A stretch of 57,903 bases of DNA from a virus (taxonomy: Duplodnaviria; Caudoviricetes). Of this stretch, positions 28,522-38,059 are shown piece after piece. The notes beneath the pieces are model-generated. The model was not told the DNA's origin and searched no databases. It saw only the letters and a program-made list of their open reading frames with translations. Every line of letters starts with the position of its first letter. Within the stretch, counting starts at the first letter, position 1. The stretch spans positions 1 to 57,903 of the IMG/VR virus record IMGVR_UViG_3300017828_000001, one strand, 5' to 3'. The position numbers and the translations under genes were made by a program.

Positions 28522-29369
28522 TGTCAGAATCATACACTGTTATTGAAAATAACGGACGTAACATCAGAGGAGCTGAACAGAGTTGGAACTATGCATTAAC
28601 ATTCAACACGGAGTCAAACAATAAAAAGTTATTCCGTGTATTTTCATCTCTGTTAGATAAAGCAGATAACGATATTGAAGAAATATATAACGCCCAACAT
28701 ATTAATTCTGCTACTGGTTACGACCTTGATAAATATGGACAACTTGTTAATGTAAACAGAAAATCTGATGAAGTAAATAAAGATGAATACATTTATGGCT
28801 TTCCGTTTGGTGACACGTTAGAAACTGGTGAAACGTTTACTGTTGAATCTACTGAAAAATACTTTATTCAACAAGACATTACAGTAGATGGATTGCTTGA
28901 AGTCAATGGTGAAATATTAAGTCAAAGTGGTTTTAGTGGAACTGGTGTTATTAGTGGGACTGGAACTGTTGTTGGCGATGCTGATGTGTTTTCCGAAGAC
29001 AAATTTAGAGCAAGAATCAAAGCAACGTTTCGCGCCTCAACAATTGGAACAACGTTTGACGAATTTGTTGAGTTTACAGCAAGTGTTTTAACCACGGAAT
29101 TTAGTAATATAGATTTTATCACGTCATATGATTCAACACCAGCAACGATAACAATTCAGGCAGAAGAGAGCATTTTCAATTCCGTTGGGTTTTCTTCTTC
29201 TGACATTAATGAATTGCTTAACAAAGGTGTACCAGCAGGACATAACGTAAATGTTCAAGTAGCAGGAACGTTTAGACTTAAATCGGATAGTCAAACAGAT
29301 GATGCTGACAAAGGACTTACGTCAGACAGTGTTCAAACTGGTGGAACACTAACAAAAGATATTGCATGA
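28521..29369 (+). CDS. Baseplate wedge protein (P2 gpI-like)
   Basis: INSATGYDLDKYG..R..FRARIK..VPAGH. Confidence 0.75.
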   Translation: MSESYTVIENNGRNIRGAEQSWNYALTFNTESNNKKLFRVFSSLLDKADNDIEEIYNAQHINSATGYDLDKYGQLVNVNRKSDEVNKDEYIYGFPFGDTLETGETFTVESTEKYFIQQDITVDGLLEVNGEILSQSGFSGTGVISGTGTVVGDADVFSEDKFRARIKATFRASTIGTTFDEFVEFTASVLTTEFSNIDFITSYDSTPATITIQAEESIFNSVGFSSSDINELLNKGVPAGHNVNVQVAGTFRLKSDSQTDDADKGLTSDSVQTGGTLTKDIA

Positions 29370-29881
29370 AACTGAAATCTCTCACAACGGTTGTGAGGCG
29401 CATAGAGAGACATTTGTCACCAGCCGATGATTGGGCCTCAAAACTCAGAAAAATTGCTTACAAACGCGCACAGAGCGTTCTGAGTCCACTCATAGGCATC
29501 CAGTTTACACGAGAAAAAAGCAGAGCAGATTACATCTGTACTGTTGAAACAAATGTTGATGCTGTTGAAACAGCACTCTGGAACGCTGGCTACCAACGCA
29601 ACATGCTTTCAACGTGGAAGTATAGAAACGTTGGTGGAAAACGGCAAGATATTGTAAGTGCGTGGGTGTACGATCCCCCAACAACAGAAACACAACATGA
29701 CGTGTACTTATTTGACAATGCCGACACAGTAGATGTGTATGGACATAAGGAACCATCAATCCGTAATCCAGTTAAGCATCTTGACCTTTCAACTGGTATT
29801 AACGGCGACCCAGATAACAGAGCAAAAGCGGCGTTAGCTGAAGCTGGCATTAAAACCACTACTACGTACACGAAACAATGA
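29366..29881 (+). CDS. Hypothetical protein (unusually basic for this genome)
   Basis: ATGA coupling at both ends. Confidence 0.7.
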   Translation: MKLKSLTTVVRRIERHLSPADDWASKLRKIAYKRAQSVLSPLIGIQFTREKSRADYICTVETNVDAVETALWNAGYQRNMLSTWKYRNVGGKRQDIVSAWVYDPPTTETQHDVYLFDNADTVDVYGHKEPSIRNPVKHLDLSTGINGDPDNRAKAALAEAGIKTTTTYTKQ

Positions 29882-30666
29882 CATGGAATATTACAGATAG
29901 ATTTCCTGATTGGGGCGAAACTGGTGAATCTCCCCCAAACGGGTTTTTCTACGAAGGTGGAGATCAAGTTAATGAAAAACATCTTGATTATCTTTGGAAC
30001 TCTATTAAGGGTCTTGAAGAAGATGTTCAATCAGCCTTAAATGATATTGATTCCGATGGTGATGGAAAAGTAGATAATGCTGACCAGTTAGATGGCAATA
30101 ACGCAGCGTCATTTGCTGATAACCCACATGGAAATGGACAACACAGCGAAACGTATCTTGATGAGTCTACATATGACTCTGATGGTAATGGTAAAGTAGA
30201 CGCTGCTGAAAGTGCTGATAGTGCTACTGACGCAACAAACGTCACCTCAACTTATAAAGGAAACGACATTGACAGTGATGGGGACGGAAAAGTAGATGCA
30301 GCGGATAGTGCTGACACTGCATCTGGAATAACTGGTGTTCGCCTTCAAGACCTTGAAGATGTGGAGTTGGCTGTTTTCGGAACTACAACAGTTAGTGCAG
30401 GAAGTACAGTAACCGTAGAGAATAGTTATAGCAAAAACAACTCTTCTGCGACATTACTCACGATGGCAACCCCTGCGGAAACTTCGGGGCCAGACGCAAG
30501 GTCACTTGTTGGTGCGACAAATCCTGACAGAGATAGTTTTGTTGAGGGCGATATTGGTATTTACACAAGTGAAACTGGAAACTCTACATACGAACTTGCT
30601 GTTGTGAATCTTAGTTCAAGCAGCAGAGAAGTTGAGTATCAAATTTACGAGGTGCAACGACTATGA
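29878..30666 (+). CDS. Tail fibre protein with DxDGxGKVD repeats
   Basis: Fibre-type N-terminus (WGETGE.PP); three D-SDG-GKVD repeats; NADQLDG motif. Confidence 0.75.
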   Translation: MTWNITDRFPDWGETGESPPNGFFYEGGDQVNEKHLDYLWNSIKGLEEDVQSALNDIDSDGDGKVDNADQLDGNNAASFADNPHGNGQHSETYLDESTYDSDGNGKVDAAESADSATDATNVTSTYKGNDIDSDGDGKVDAADSADTASGITGVRLQDLEDVELAVFGTTTVSAGSTVTVENSYSKNNSSATLLTMATPAETSGPDARSLVGATNPDRDSFVEGDIGIYTSETGNSTYELAVVNLSSSSREVEYQIYEVQRL

Positions 30667-31076
30667 CACGAGTTATTTACGACGCACAAAGCGGTGACGT
30701 TATCGCAACGGGAGACGCTGTAGCCACAGAGGGTGAGATGTCTGCTGAGATTGACGGGGATAATATCACAAAACCGATCAGTGGGACAAAGGTGGACGAT
30801 GTAAATAACCCTACAAAAACTGTATCAGACCTACAGAAAATAAAGTCCCAAAAGAAATCTCAAATAAAAAACGAAGCCTATAGTCTGTTAGAACCGTATG
30901 ACTGGTACGTAATCCGCAAGCAGGAGGAAGGAACTGCTATCCCAACTGAAGTCTCTCAGTACCGAAGTGATGTTCGCACAACGGAAGACAACGTAACTGC
31001 TGCTGTTGAAGCAGCAACATCTGCATCTGAAGTGCGGTCAATTGAACCTAACTGGCCTGATGAACCAGACATATGA
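30663..31076 (+). CDS. Tail fibre assembly chaperone
   Basis: LLEPYDWYVIR..IPTEV.QYR..VR...WPDEP. Confidence 0.75.
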   Translation: MTRVIYDAQSGDVIATGDAVATEGEMSAEIDGDNITKPISGTKVDDVNNPTKTVSDLQKIKSQKKSQIKNEAYSLLEPYDWYVIRKQEEGTAIPTEVSQYRSDVRTTEDNVTAAVEAATSASEVRSIEPNWPDEPDI

Positions 31077-31216
31077 TACCAGAATTTGTTAGTTTTGAGT
31101 TTCTTGCTCAACCAGTGCCGTTGTGGTTCGCATTGCTGATGGCATACACAGCACCATATATGTGGTCAAAATATATTAAACAAGCAACCAAATCTATTTT
31201 GAGTCGTTATACTTAA
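31073..31216 (+). CDS. Small membrane protein (47 aa), possible lysis factor
   Basis: ATGA coupling; one hydrophobic segment and a basic tail; last gene of the late module. Confidence 0.55.
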   Translation: MIPEFVSFEFLAQPVPLWFALLMAYTAPYMWSKYIKQATKSILSRYT

Positions 31217-31245
31217 GTAAGTCCATCACGTAACTATAATTACTG

Positions 31246-32163
31246 ATGGATATAACAAGAGACGTTGTAGAAGGTGTTGGCCCAAACGGTGTTGATGTTC
31301 GGCTGTATGATTACAACGGTGACAAATTGCCTTCAGTTACCTCTGTTTTAAAAACACGAAACCAAGATAAGTCAAATCTATACGACTGGCAAGACCGCAA
31401 TGACGGAGACAATGGGAACGCCGACCACGAACACCTCTTTTGGTACTCTCGTCACATTGGGACGTTAGGCCACTGGCATGCTCTACGGCAGTTAGACCCG
31501 TCACTTGAATGGTCAGATGACGAACAACAGTCAGTCGATGAACTTAATCAACTAACTGCCGACGAAGTTAACTCAGACAGTCCTCGTGAAGTGTTGTACT
31601 CAATTCTTCGTGGTGACAAAAACAAAGGTGGCGGGGCAGTAAGTTCGTGGGGGGAGTTCTACGAACAGTATCCACCCTACAAGAAAGGTTCGTACTACCG
31701 AGACGAACTTGTAAAACAGGCACAGCGAGACATTGAGTTTTTCAAAGACGCCCAACAGCGTCTCTGGAACAAGTTAGGTGTCAATCAAGACAGCGTTGTG
31801 GCCGTCGAGAAGTACCTCTTTGAAGACGAGGTTGGCTATGCAGGCCAAGTTGATCTCGTCTACGAGGATGGTGACACAACTGTAGTGGCCGACCTCAAAT
31901 CCTCGTCTGGCTGCTATAGTAAACATCAGATGCAAGGTGCTGCCTATGGAAAAGCCATTGAGCGGTCAGATGTGGATGTCGATACTGTAGACCGTCTTGA
32001 AGTACATAGAACCCACCCTCGAAGCGGAGAGATGGCTGTCCACACGCATAAAGATGCGCCAAATCAAACGAGTATTCACACAACAAAATACTGGAACGAA
32101 AGTTACGACGAGCTTTGGCAACAGTTTAAATCACTTGTCGAGGACTTTGAATATGAGACTTGA
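31246..32163 (+). CDS. PD-(D/E)XK exonuclease (RecB/Cas4-like superfamily)
   Basis: LPSVTSVL, GTLGH, YAGQVDL, ADLKSS, QGAAY. Confidence 0.85.
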   Translation: MDITRDVVEGVGPNGVDVRLYDYNGDKLPSVTSVLKTRNQDKSNLYDWQDRNDGDNGNADHEHLFWYSRHIGTLGHWHALRQLDPSLEWSDDEQQSVDELNQLTADEVNSDSPREVLYSILRGDKNKGGGAVSSWGEFYEQYPPYKKGSYYRDELVKQAQRDIEFFKDAQQRLWNKLGVNQDSVVAVEKYLFEDEVGYAGQVDLVYEDGDTTVVADLKSSSGCYSKHQMQGAAYGKAIERSDVDVDTVDRLEVHRTHPRSGEMAVHTHKDAPNQTSIHTTKYWNESYDELWQQFKSLVEDFEYET

Positions 32164-32437
32164 GAACGCTCCATCAATGTCGTTTACGGGAGAAGACGAA
32201 GAGCCTGAAGAATGTGATGTTTGTGGCACTGAAGAGCCATACGTCAAATACGATAACAATAAAACATGTAAATGTTGTGGCTACCTTCCAAACCAGTCCA
32301 CCCACTCAACTGAAGACAAAGGCCCGTGGGAAAGTTGGTGGGAACATCGTGAGGACATGTACGGTGGTTTCTTCGGTGAAAACAGAGTAAAAATGGTAGG
32401 AGGATTCAGTTCAGCGTGGGACGAGTTTGACTTTTAG
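32153..32437 (+). CDS. Zinc-ribbon protein
   Basis: CDVCG..CKCCG; start moved to MRLENA. Confidence 0.65.
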   Translation: MRLENAPSMSFTGEDEEPEECDVCGTEEPYVKYDNNKTCKCCGYLPNQSTHSTEDKGPWESWWEHREDMYGGFFGENRVKMVGGFSSAWDEFDF

Positions 32438-32438
32438 A

Positions 32439-32759
32439 CTACTCTAACGTCCACCCATCTGGCAGATTTGTTTTCAGTTCACTTGTTTTACCCAACTCAT
32501 ACTCCGAACAGTCACACTCAACGAGTGCAACAAAGTACAGTCGGTTGGGATAATTTGTATGGCCTCTCAAACGCTCTGTGCGCCGCAGTGAGGCGTTACA
32601 GTCACTACATGACCTATCCATCCTAATTCCGTTAGAATCCGATTGTGAGCCGCCTGTGCGCTTCCAGAGGGCTGCAAAGCGAGTATCTTTGTGTTGATGG
32701 CAGAATGGCTCTTGTTCTCTACCGCACTGTTCGCCGTCGTCTTTGATGTAGTTACACAT
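32439..32759 (-). CDS. Zinc-finger protein
   Basis: C..C..CHQH and CSDC..CDC. Confidence 0.7.
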   Translation of the reverse strand: MCNYIKDDGEQCGREQEPFCHQHKDTRFAALWKRTGGSQSDSNGIRMDRSCSDCNASLRRTERLRGHTNYPNRLYFVALVECDCSEYELGKTSELKTNLPDGWTLE

Positions 32760-33300
32760 TGATGTAGTCTTTTGGAACGCCGATCTCTTTCAGTAGCGTT
32801 ACGTAATCCGCATCACCCGACGAACTTGAGTTCCACCCATCCAACGTGGGCTTCCGCATCGACACGTTGTTGGAAGGAGTCAAACGTTCATCGAGCAACG
32901 ACACTTCACCAACACCGTTCAGTGAGTTGAGCAGTTCAGTTGCGTTGAACACCGCCATCTCTCGGTGTGGGAACTTCACCGCAACCCACTGTGTCGTCCA
33001 GTAGGGTGACTCGGAAATGAGTTCTTCAATCTCTTCTTGCCCGTTTTGGTCTTGGGAACTACCCGCCAATACGGTTGTTCGGTTGCCTTCAGCAACGTTG
33101 CCCCGCTTTTTTAGTTCGATGTAGGCGACCTCTCTTGTTGGTTCGCCCAACATACAACCATTTTCCCACACAACCATCACATCAGCTACTTCACCCGTAC
33201 TGTTACCACTGAAGTCTGGTCGGTGTGCCTTTACCGCTCTGTCGGTGTTGGTATTAATGTTGTTCTTTAACGACAACTCAAAACGTTTGCCTTTTCCCAT
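32752..33300 (-). CDS. Holliday junction resolvase-like PD-(D/E)XK nuclease
   Basis: GKRFE, SG, ADV, IELK (Hjc pattern); start moved to MGKGKRFE. Confidence 0.8.
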   Translation of the reverse strand: MGKGKRFELSLKNNINTNTDRAVKAHRPDFSGNSTGEVADVMVVWENGCMLGEPTREVAYIELKKRGNVAEGNRTTVLAGSSQDQNGQEEIEELISESPYWTTQWVAVKFPHREMAVFNATELLNSLNGVGEVSLLDERLTPSNNVSMRKPTLDGWNSSSSGDADYVTLLKEIGVPKDYINV

Positions 33301-33363
33301 TCTACTACAGTTACGAACCACCCGCAAAAAAGACTTACGATTTCTGAAAACGCAATTTCTTAG

Positions 33364-33492
33364 TTAGTGGAATACTCTACCACACCGAGGACATTTACGT
33401 TTAACACCGCTTGTGTCTGGATTAGTTAGCATCCGTTCAACATGTCCGTTAGGGTACTTTTCAAGCGTTGGCCCGCCTTTTATCCACGGCAT
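33364..33492 (-). CDS. Small CPRCG protein (42 aa)
   Basis: MPWIKGG...KCPRCGRVFH. Confidence 0.5.
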   Translation of the reverse strand: MPWIKGGPTLEKYPNGHVERMLTNPDTSGVKRKCPRCGRVFH

Positions 33493-33494
33493 AT

Positions 33495-33638
33495 TTACCC
33501 CTCCCACACTCGTCGGGCCTTATCACACCGCTTGCACACATCAATCCGATACCCTTTCTTCTGTCGTGCAGTGAGTAAGTCACTTTTTGTCCACTGATGC
33601 CCGTACCAACGGCAATATGCGTGTGTGTCGTCACTCAT
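33495..33638 (-). CDS. Small C-H-CxxC protein (47 aa)
   Basis: YCRWYGHQW...CKRCD; ATGA coupling. Confidence 0.6.
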   Translation of the reverse strand: MSDDTHAYCRWYGHQWTKSDLLTARQKKGYRIDVCKRCDKARRVWEG

Positions 33639-34306
33639 AGTACGTTCTCCACAAACCAGTCAAAGTTCTCATAATACTCTTCATCAAACTCGATTACCGC
33701 ATTGCCATCTCGGTACTTGAATGTACTTGTTACCCTATCACAGTCGTCAACAATGTCACGCCACTCGATGTGGTTGTTTGTATTCCTGTTGAAGTGTTCC
33801 AGATACTCGTCCAATCTTTCAAAGGGCTCAATTGGGATTAGGACGTTTTCATCACCAACAGTCTCGCTGTCGGTGTCAACGATGGTGAAATACACAAAAA
33901 CTGGTACATCGTACCGTCGTGCCCATTCAGCATAATTGACAAGATGGCGTAGGTTCATCTTGCCCATCCAGCTTTGTGAGGACTTTGATTTTACATCAAC
34001 TAACGAACGGAGCAACCACCACTGTCCGTTAGCGTAGTAAGAATCACACTGACGAGAGTCAGGCCAGTTGTCTGGCTCGTCTTGGGTGCCTTTCGGTTCC
34101 CACAACCGCAAGTCCATTTTGTTGTCGAATATGAGGTTTTCATCGTTACCTCTCATGTCGATGCCCCATTGTTCGGTGTGAAGCCCGATTTGATTTACAC
34201 GGCCTTTGAAGTAGGCCTCTGCGATGTCATGAAGTGTGTAATTCGCTTTAAGACTGTTCCAGTCAGGCCGTTTCAACGTCTCTGGACTGATGTTTGTCTC
34301 TTCCAT
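33635..34306 (-). CDS. Restriction-endonuclease-like PD-(D/E)XK protein
   Basis: IAE, KMDL, VDVKSK; start at the TAATG overlap. Confidence 0.65.
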   Translation of the reverse strand: MEETNISPETLKRPDWNSLKANYTLHDIAEAYFKGRVNQIGLHTEQWGIDMRGNDENLIFDNKMDLRLWEPKGTQDEPDNWPDSRQCDSYYANGQWWLLRSLVDVKSKSSQSWMGKMNLRHLVNYAEWARRYDVPVFVYFTIVDTDSETVGDENVLIPIEPFERLDEYLEHFNRNTNNHIEWRDIVDDCDRVTSTFKYRDGNAVIEFDEEYYENFDWFVENVL

Positions 34307-34578
34307 TATTCCCACTCAGTTTCGTCAAACGATTGCAGAATTTCTGTACCGAGTTCAAGCACAGTTGAAACTGGCATCAACTCTACTTCGCTCTGTTTCA
34401 TTTCTGTTGTTTCAACAACAACACTTTTCATGCAGTTGACAAACGTAGTTGGACTGGTTACGTACTCAACTTCACACGGTTCTCCATACATTTCTATTTC
34501 AGTAATCTTCGTCATCGTGTTGGGAGTGGAATCGGCACTTTGATTGGGAACACTATCATCGTGTATCACAATAGGCAA
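34306..34578 (-). CDS. Hypothetical protein
   Basis: Acidic ORF downstream of polB; start uncertain. Confidence 0.55.
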   Translation of the reverse strand: MPIVIHDDSVPNQSADSTPNTMTKITEIEMYGEPCEVEYVTSPTTFVNCMKSVVVETTEMKQSEVELMPVSTVLELGTEILQSFDETEWE

Positions 34579-34606
34579 CTCATATATAAAAACGTTGCGT
34601 CTCGTG

Positions 34607-37345
34607 TTACATGAAACGACTCAGCTCACCTTGCGAACTATCTGCCAGAGCTTCATCCACAGACCAACCCATAGCGGCCAGAATTGGGTTGAGAGGGTCT
34701 TCAACTACTTTCTCAACCATCTTGTCGTAGTCGATTGTAAACGCCTCTGGCAACTTGTTAGGCTCTTCTAAGGCGACTGCATCAACCTTCTTTCCGCCCT
34801 CTCTGGTGTCAGCAGTGTACGTGCGTGGGTAATCCCCACGAACTTTGTCAATGTAGAGCAATGCGGGTTTTGAGCCTTCATCCATGTTCTCCCACTCAAA
34901 GTGTTGGTTGGCATACTTCGCACCTCGATAGGTTGGTTGGGGTGTGTTAGACAGCGAACCATATTCCTCTGGTGGTTGTCCCATGCCTTTGGGACGGGCC
35001 AAACGTGCCTTCTCCACGTTTCCGTTTTTGATGTCTGTTACGACGGTGTTCAGACGTTCATACACTTTCTCACGCACCTTTGAGCGGTCATCGGTGCGAA
35101 GAATTGTGTCGATAACGTCTTCAGCCACGTCACGGGTTACTTCTGCCCTATCAGACCGCACAATGTCAATGCCAGTGGCACTGAACTCGGGTTCATCGTA
35201 CCACTCACCTTCTTCCCACGCAGTGATTTGGGCATATCGTTTCTTCCCTTCTGCACTAGCTGTCTTGGGTTCTGGTACAAAGAGGTATGGTGAGTAGGAC
35301 TCAATTTCAAGTTCCATGTAGTCACCAGTGGCATTGAACGTCTCGCTGGCGAACTCGTCGTAAGAGTCGTTCACCATCTCACAGGCCTCTTGTGCGATGT
35401 TGACGACCTTTTGTTGGCCGCTGCGGTCAGTAGCGTCCACGTAAGGTACTGAACTCATAACCGAGTCTGTGTCTCCACCGACTTGATAGGCGTTCTGACC
35501 GTCGTGCCCATACTCGTCTTTGAGTACATTCAAATTGTTGACATACTCTTCAGCCGAGTATTGAATCATCTTCCGTCCGAACAGCGTCACCGACTCGCCT
35601 AATCGCCAGTCAAAAAGTCTGTATCCTTTGCCGTAGGAGTCTGCATCGCCCAACACACCCCACACTGCATTGACAACAATTTTGACTGGCCCATAGAGTT
35701 CTGTGCCGCTATAGTCGTCTTTGAGGCCCATCAGCATGTCAACGACTTCTGGCATAAACCCACGCTCGATCTCTGGTTTCACATAGTAATATTTCTCGTA
35801 CTCTGGACTGTCTTCTTTTTTAATCGCGTCCTTGCGGGTATCGACGTATGACCACACACAGTCGTCTTCAGTGTACTGTGAGTCTTCTAAGTCCTCTTTC
35901 GTACCCACAGCCGTCTCTGGGGAAATGTTGCACGTCCGAATCCCGTTGGGGTATTCACTCCACACGTCGGGGTAGACAGCATTTTCATGGCGTCCAAACT
36001 TCGGTGTGAAGACGTGACCGCCGTAAAACCACGAGCGTTCTGGCGTCTCGTTGGTCGGTAGTGCCATATTACGTTCGTTGGCAATCCGAATGATGTAGGG
36101 GTCAAGCATGTCAATCGGATTATGGACGTTCTCGAACTGGACGCCAGTAAGTTTCCGAATATTCTGGAACAAATCAAGCACTTCCGCACTCTCATTTATG
36201 TCCAACACTGCCGACACGTCACGGATGTTGTACTTGAGGAACGTCCCGACATCGTTCTTCCACGCCTTGTCAATGTCGTCAATGTCTTCTTTGCCGTAGT
36301 GACACTCTTTTTGAGCAATATTTTCAAGGCCGTAGCCGCCTTTCGGCTTACTCCATTGGGTCTTTTTGTAGCCTTTCAACATGTCAAAGAACCCAACGCC
36401 TTTGGCTGTCGGCCCCCAACTGCCGTCCCACACTTGTTCAAGTGGCGACCAGTCAATGTAGGAAGACACGTTGCATTTCTGACAGCGGTGGATAAGATAT
36501 GGGTAATCGAACCCTTGTCCCATATCCGACGCAGAGGAGTTCCACCCACTGAGTAGGTCTGGACGCATGTCACTCACGTAGTTGTTGAAATCATCCAACA
36601 TGCGTGTTTCATCTTCGTAGACCTCTACTGCGTCGATACGCTTGTGGTTTGGACGGCTCTCTACAGCTTTGTTTTTTACTTCCGTGTCGCTTAGGTTCCA
36701 GCTATCACAGCGGAGTACCCATACACTATACTCGTCAGTGTGGTTGTCATGGGCGGTTATTGCAGTAACGGGCTGTTCAGCCGACTGTGGTTCGGGGAAG
36801 CCGTCTGGTGACAATACCTCGATGTCAATGGTGATCATCCGTGGTGTGGCACGCCAATCGGCATCGACAGGCTCAATGTCACTGTACTCTACACGAAATT
36901 CGCCTTTTGAAGCAGATTTGTGGGAGTCGTCTGGAACGCTGAAGTGGGTTTTGATACCACTGTCAATGAGGAACCGACTGTTGTAGAACACATCGGCCTC
37001 GTAGGTTTTCTCAAAGTGATCTCGAAGGCCTTTACGGTTGTCGTCACCGCCAATGTGTTTCGGGAGTTGGGCAAAAATTCTGATTAGCGGCTTGCCGTGG
37101 ATGGATTCATAGCCACGTTCAGCATCCACAACCCAATCGTGGTTTTTGACACGTTTACTGTAGGCGTCTTCGCTGATGTAGAACGATGGTCGATGACCTT
37201 CCACCTCAATGTGGTGTTTCTGATTATCTTTGTCACGACAAAATAGATGAACGACTGATTTACCAAATTCTTCTGTGTACTCTATGTTGAAAAGGTGGTA
37301 CTCTGTTGAGTCGTCTACCTCAACAAACTCGTTTAGGCCACTCAT
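34607..37345 (-). CDS. polB: Family B DNA polymerase with 3'-5' exonuclease
   Basis: ExoI DIEV, ExoII GWNS..FDYPY, ExoIII YNIRDV; DVWSEYP, KIVVNAVWG, GDTDS, KKRYA; start moved to MSGLNE. Confidence 0.95.
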   Translation of the reverse strand: MSGLNEFVEVDDSTEYHLFNIEYTEEFGKSVVHLFCRDKDNQKHHIEVEGHRPSFYISEDAYSKRVKNHDWVVDAERGYESIHGKPLIRIFAQLPKHIGGDDNRKGLRDHFEKTYEADVFYNSRFLIDSGIKTHFSVPDDSHKSASKGEFRVEYSDIEPVDADWRATPRMITIDIEVLSPDGFPEPQSAEQPVTAITAHDNHTDEYSVWVLRCDSWNLSDTEVKNKAVESRPNHKRIDAVEVYEDETRMLDDFNNYVSDMRPDLLSGWNSSASDMGQGFDYPYLIHRCQKCNVSSYIDWSPLEQVWDGSWGPTAKGVGFFDMLKGYKKTQWSKPKGGYGLENIAQKECHYGKEDIDDIDKAWKNDVGTFLKYNIRDVSAVLDINESAEVLDLFQNIRKLTGVQFENVHNPIDMLDPYIIRIANERNMALPTNETPERSWFYGGHVFTPKFGRHENAVYPDVWSEYPNGIRTCNISPETAVGTKEDLEDSQYTEDDCVWSYVDTRKDAIKKEDSPEYEKYYYVKPEIERGFMPEVVDMLMGLKDDYSGTELYGPVKIVVNAVWGVLGDADSYGKGYRLFDWRLGESVTLFGRKMIQYSAEEYVNNLNVLKDEYGHDGQNAYQVGGDTDSVMSSVPYVDATDRSGQQKVVNIAQEACEMVNDSYDEFASETFNATGDYMELEIESYSPYLFVPEPKTASAEGKKRYAQITAWEEGEWYDEPEFSATGIDIVRSDRAEVTRDVAEDVIDTILRTDDRSKVREKVYERLNTVVTDIKNGNVEKARLARPKGMGQPPEEYGSLSNTPQPTYRGAKYANQHFEWENMDEGSKPALLYIDKVRGDYPRTYTADTREGGKKVDAVALEEPNKLPEAFTIDYDKMVEKVVEDPLNPILAAMGWSVDEALADSSQGELSRFM

Positions 37346-37369
37346 GACTGCTAATAGAAGACAGCAGCA

Positions 37370-37382
37370 TAAAAGAGTTACG
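37370..37382 (-). promoter_or_regulatory. Representative host-type early promoter (BRE CGTAAC + T-run TATA)
   Basis: cgtaactctttta about 25 nt before the polB ATG; close variants near 33326, 37564, 38040, 47345, 48649, 51425, 51875, 52175 and on + at 56896. Confidence 0.75.
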
Positions 37383-37538
37383 TTAGTAATGTTGCATTTG
37401 AAACGCGACTGAAATAAAAACGATCCCAATATACACACCAAATAACGTGATGCCCCATTTTGGTTCTGTTGCCCAACCAACAACAGAACTGATTATTGCC
37501 GCACCAATCCACTCAACCACGTCAGCTATTGAAATCAT
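37383..37538 (-). CDS. Small two-helix membrane protein (51 aa)
   Basis: MISIADVVEWIGAAIISSVVGW...; own promoter at 37564-37576. Confidence 0.65.
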   Translation of the reverse strand: MISIADVVEWIGAAIISSVVGWATEPKWGITLFGVYIGIVFISVAFQMQHY

Positions 37539-37571
37539 ACAAGTGTGTTAGTAGGCGGCTACGTAAAAGAG

Positions 37572-38015
37572 TTACGAATGTTCTGTAATGAACCGCACTG
37601 CATGTTGTTGCATAATGTAATTTGGATTTGCGATACTTCTGGCCTCTCGAATCCGCTCGTATGCCTCACCATAGGTGATGTCGTAATAGCAGCCCATTGC
37701 AGCCGCGCAGACGGCTACAGATCGGTTTCTACCTTTGTGACAATGTATGAGGCTTGCAGAAATTGAATCGTCTTGCAGGCCTCTCAGCAGCGTTAGAGCC
37801 GCTTTCTCAAACGTCTCATAATGGTAGCTGCCGCCCCAATTTTCTGCACTCTCTTCATCATCAGCAATGTTGAAGCAGTGGTACTCTGTGTCTTCACTCA
37901 CATTGTCGTAAATACAGTCTTGACAGACTGTAAGTATCTGATCAAACTGTGACTTATCAGCGAACCTCACGGTGTCTATATCTGTCAACCACACCTCGTC
38001 TGTTATCTTATTCAC
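37572..38015 (-). CDS. Dual-specificity/PTP-family phosphatase
   Basis: IHCHKGRNRS (CX5R), ANPN; GTG start inferred from promoter spacing. Confidence 0.88.
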   Translation of the reverse strand: MNKITDEVWLTDIDTVRFADKSQFDQILTVCQDCIYDNVSEDTEYHCFNIADDEESAENWGGSYHYETFEKAALTLLRGLQDDSISASLIHCHKGRNRSVAVCAAAMGCYYDITYGEAYERIREARSIANPNYIMQQHAVRFITEHS

Positions 38016-38059
38016 AACACTTACTACACTGCTCCGCAATAAAAAAGTTACGAACCGAT

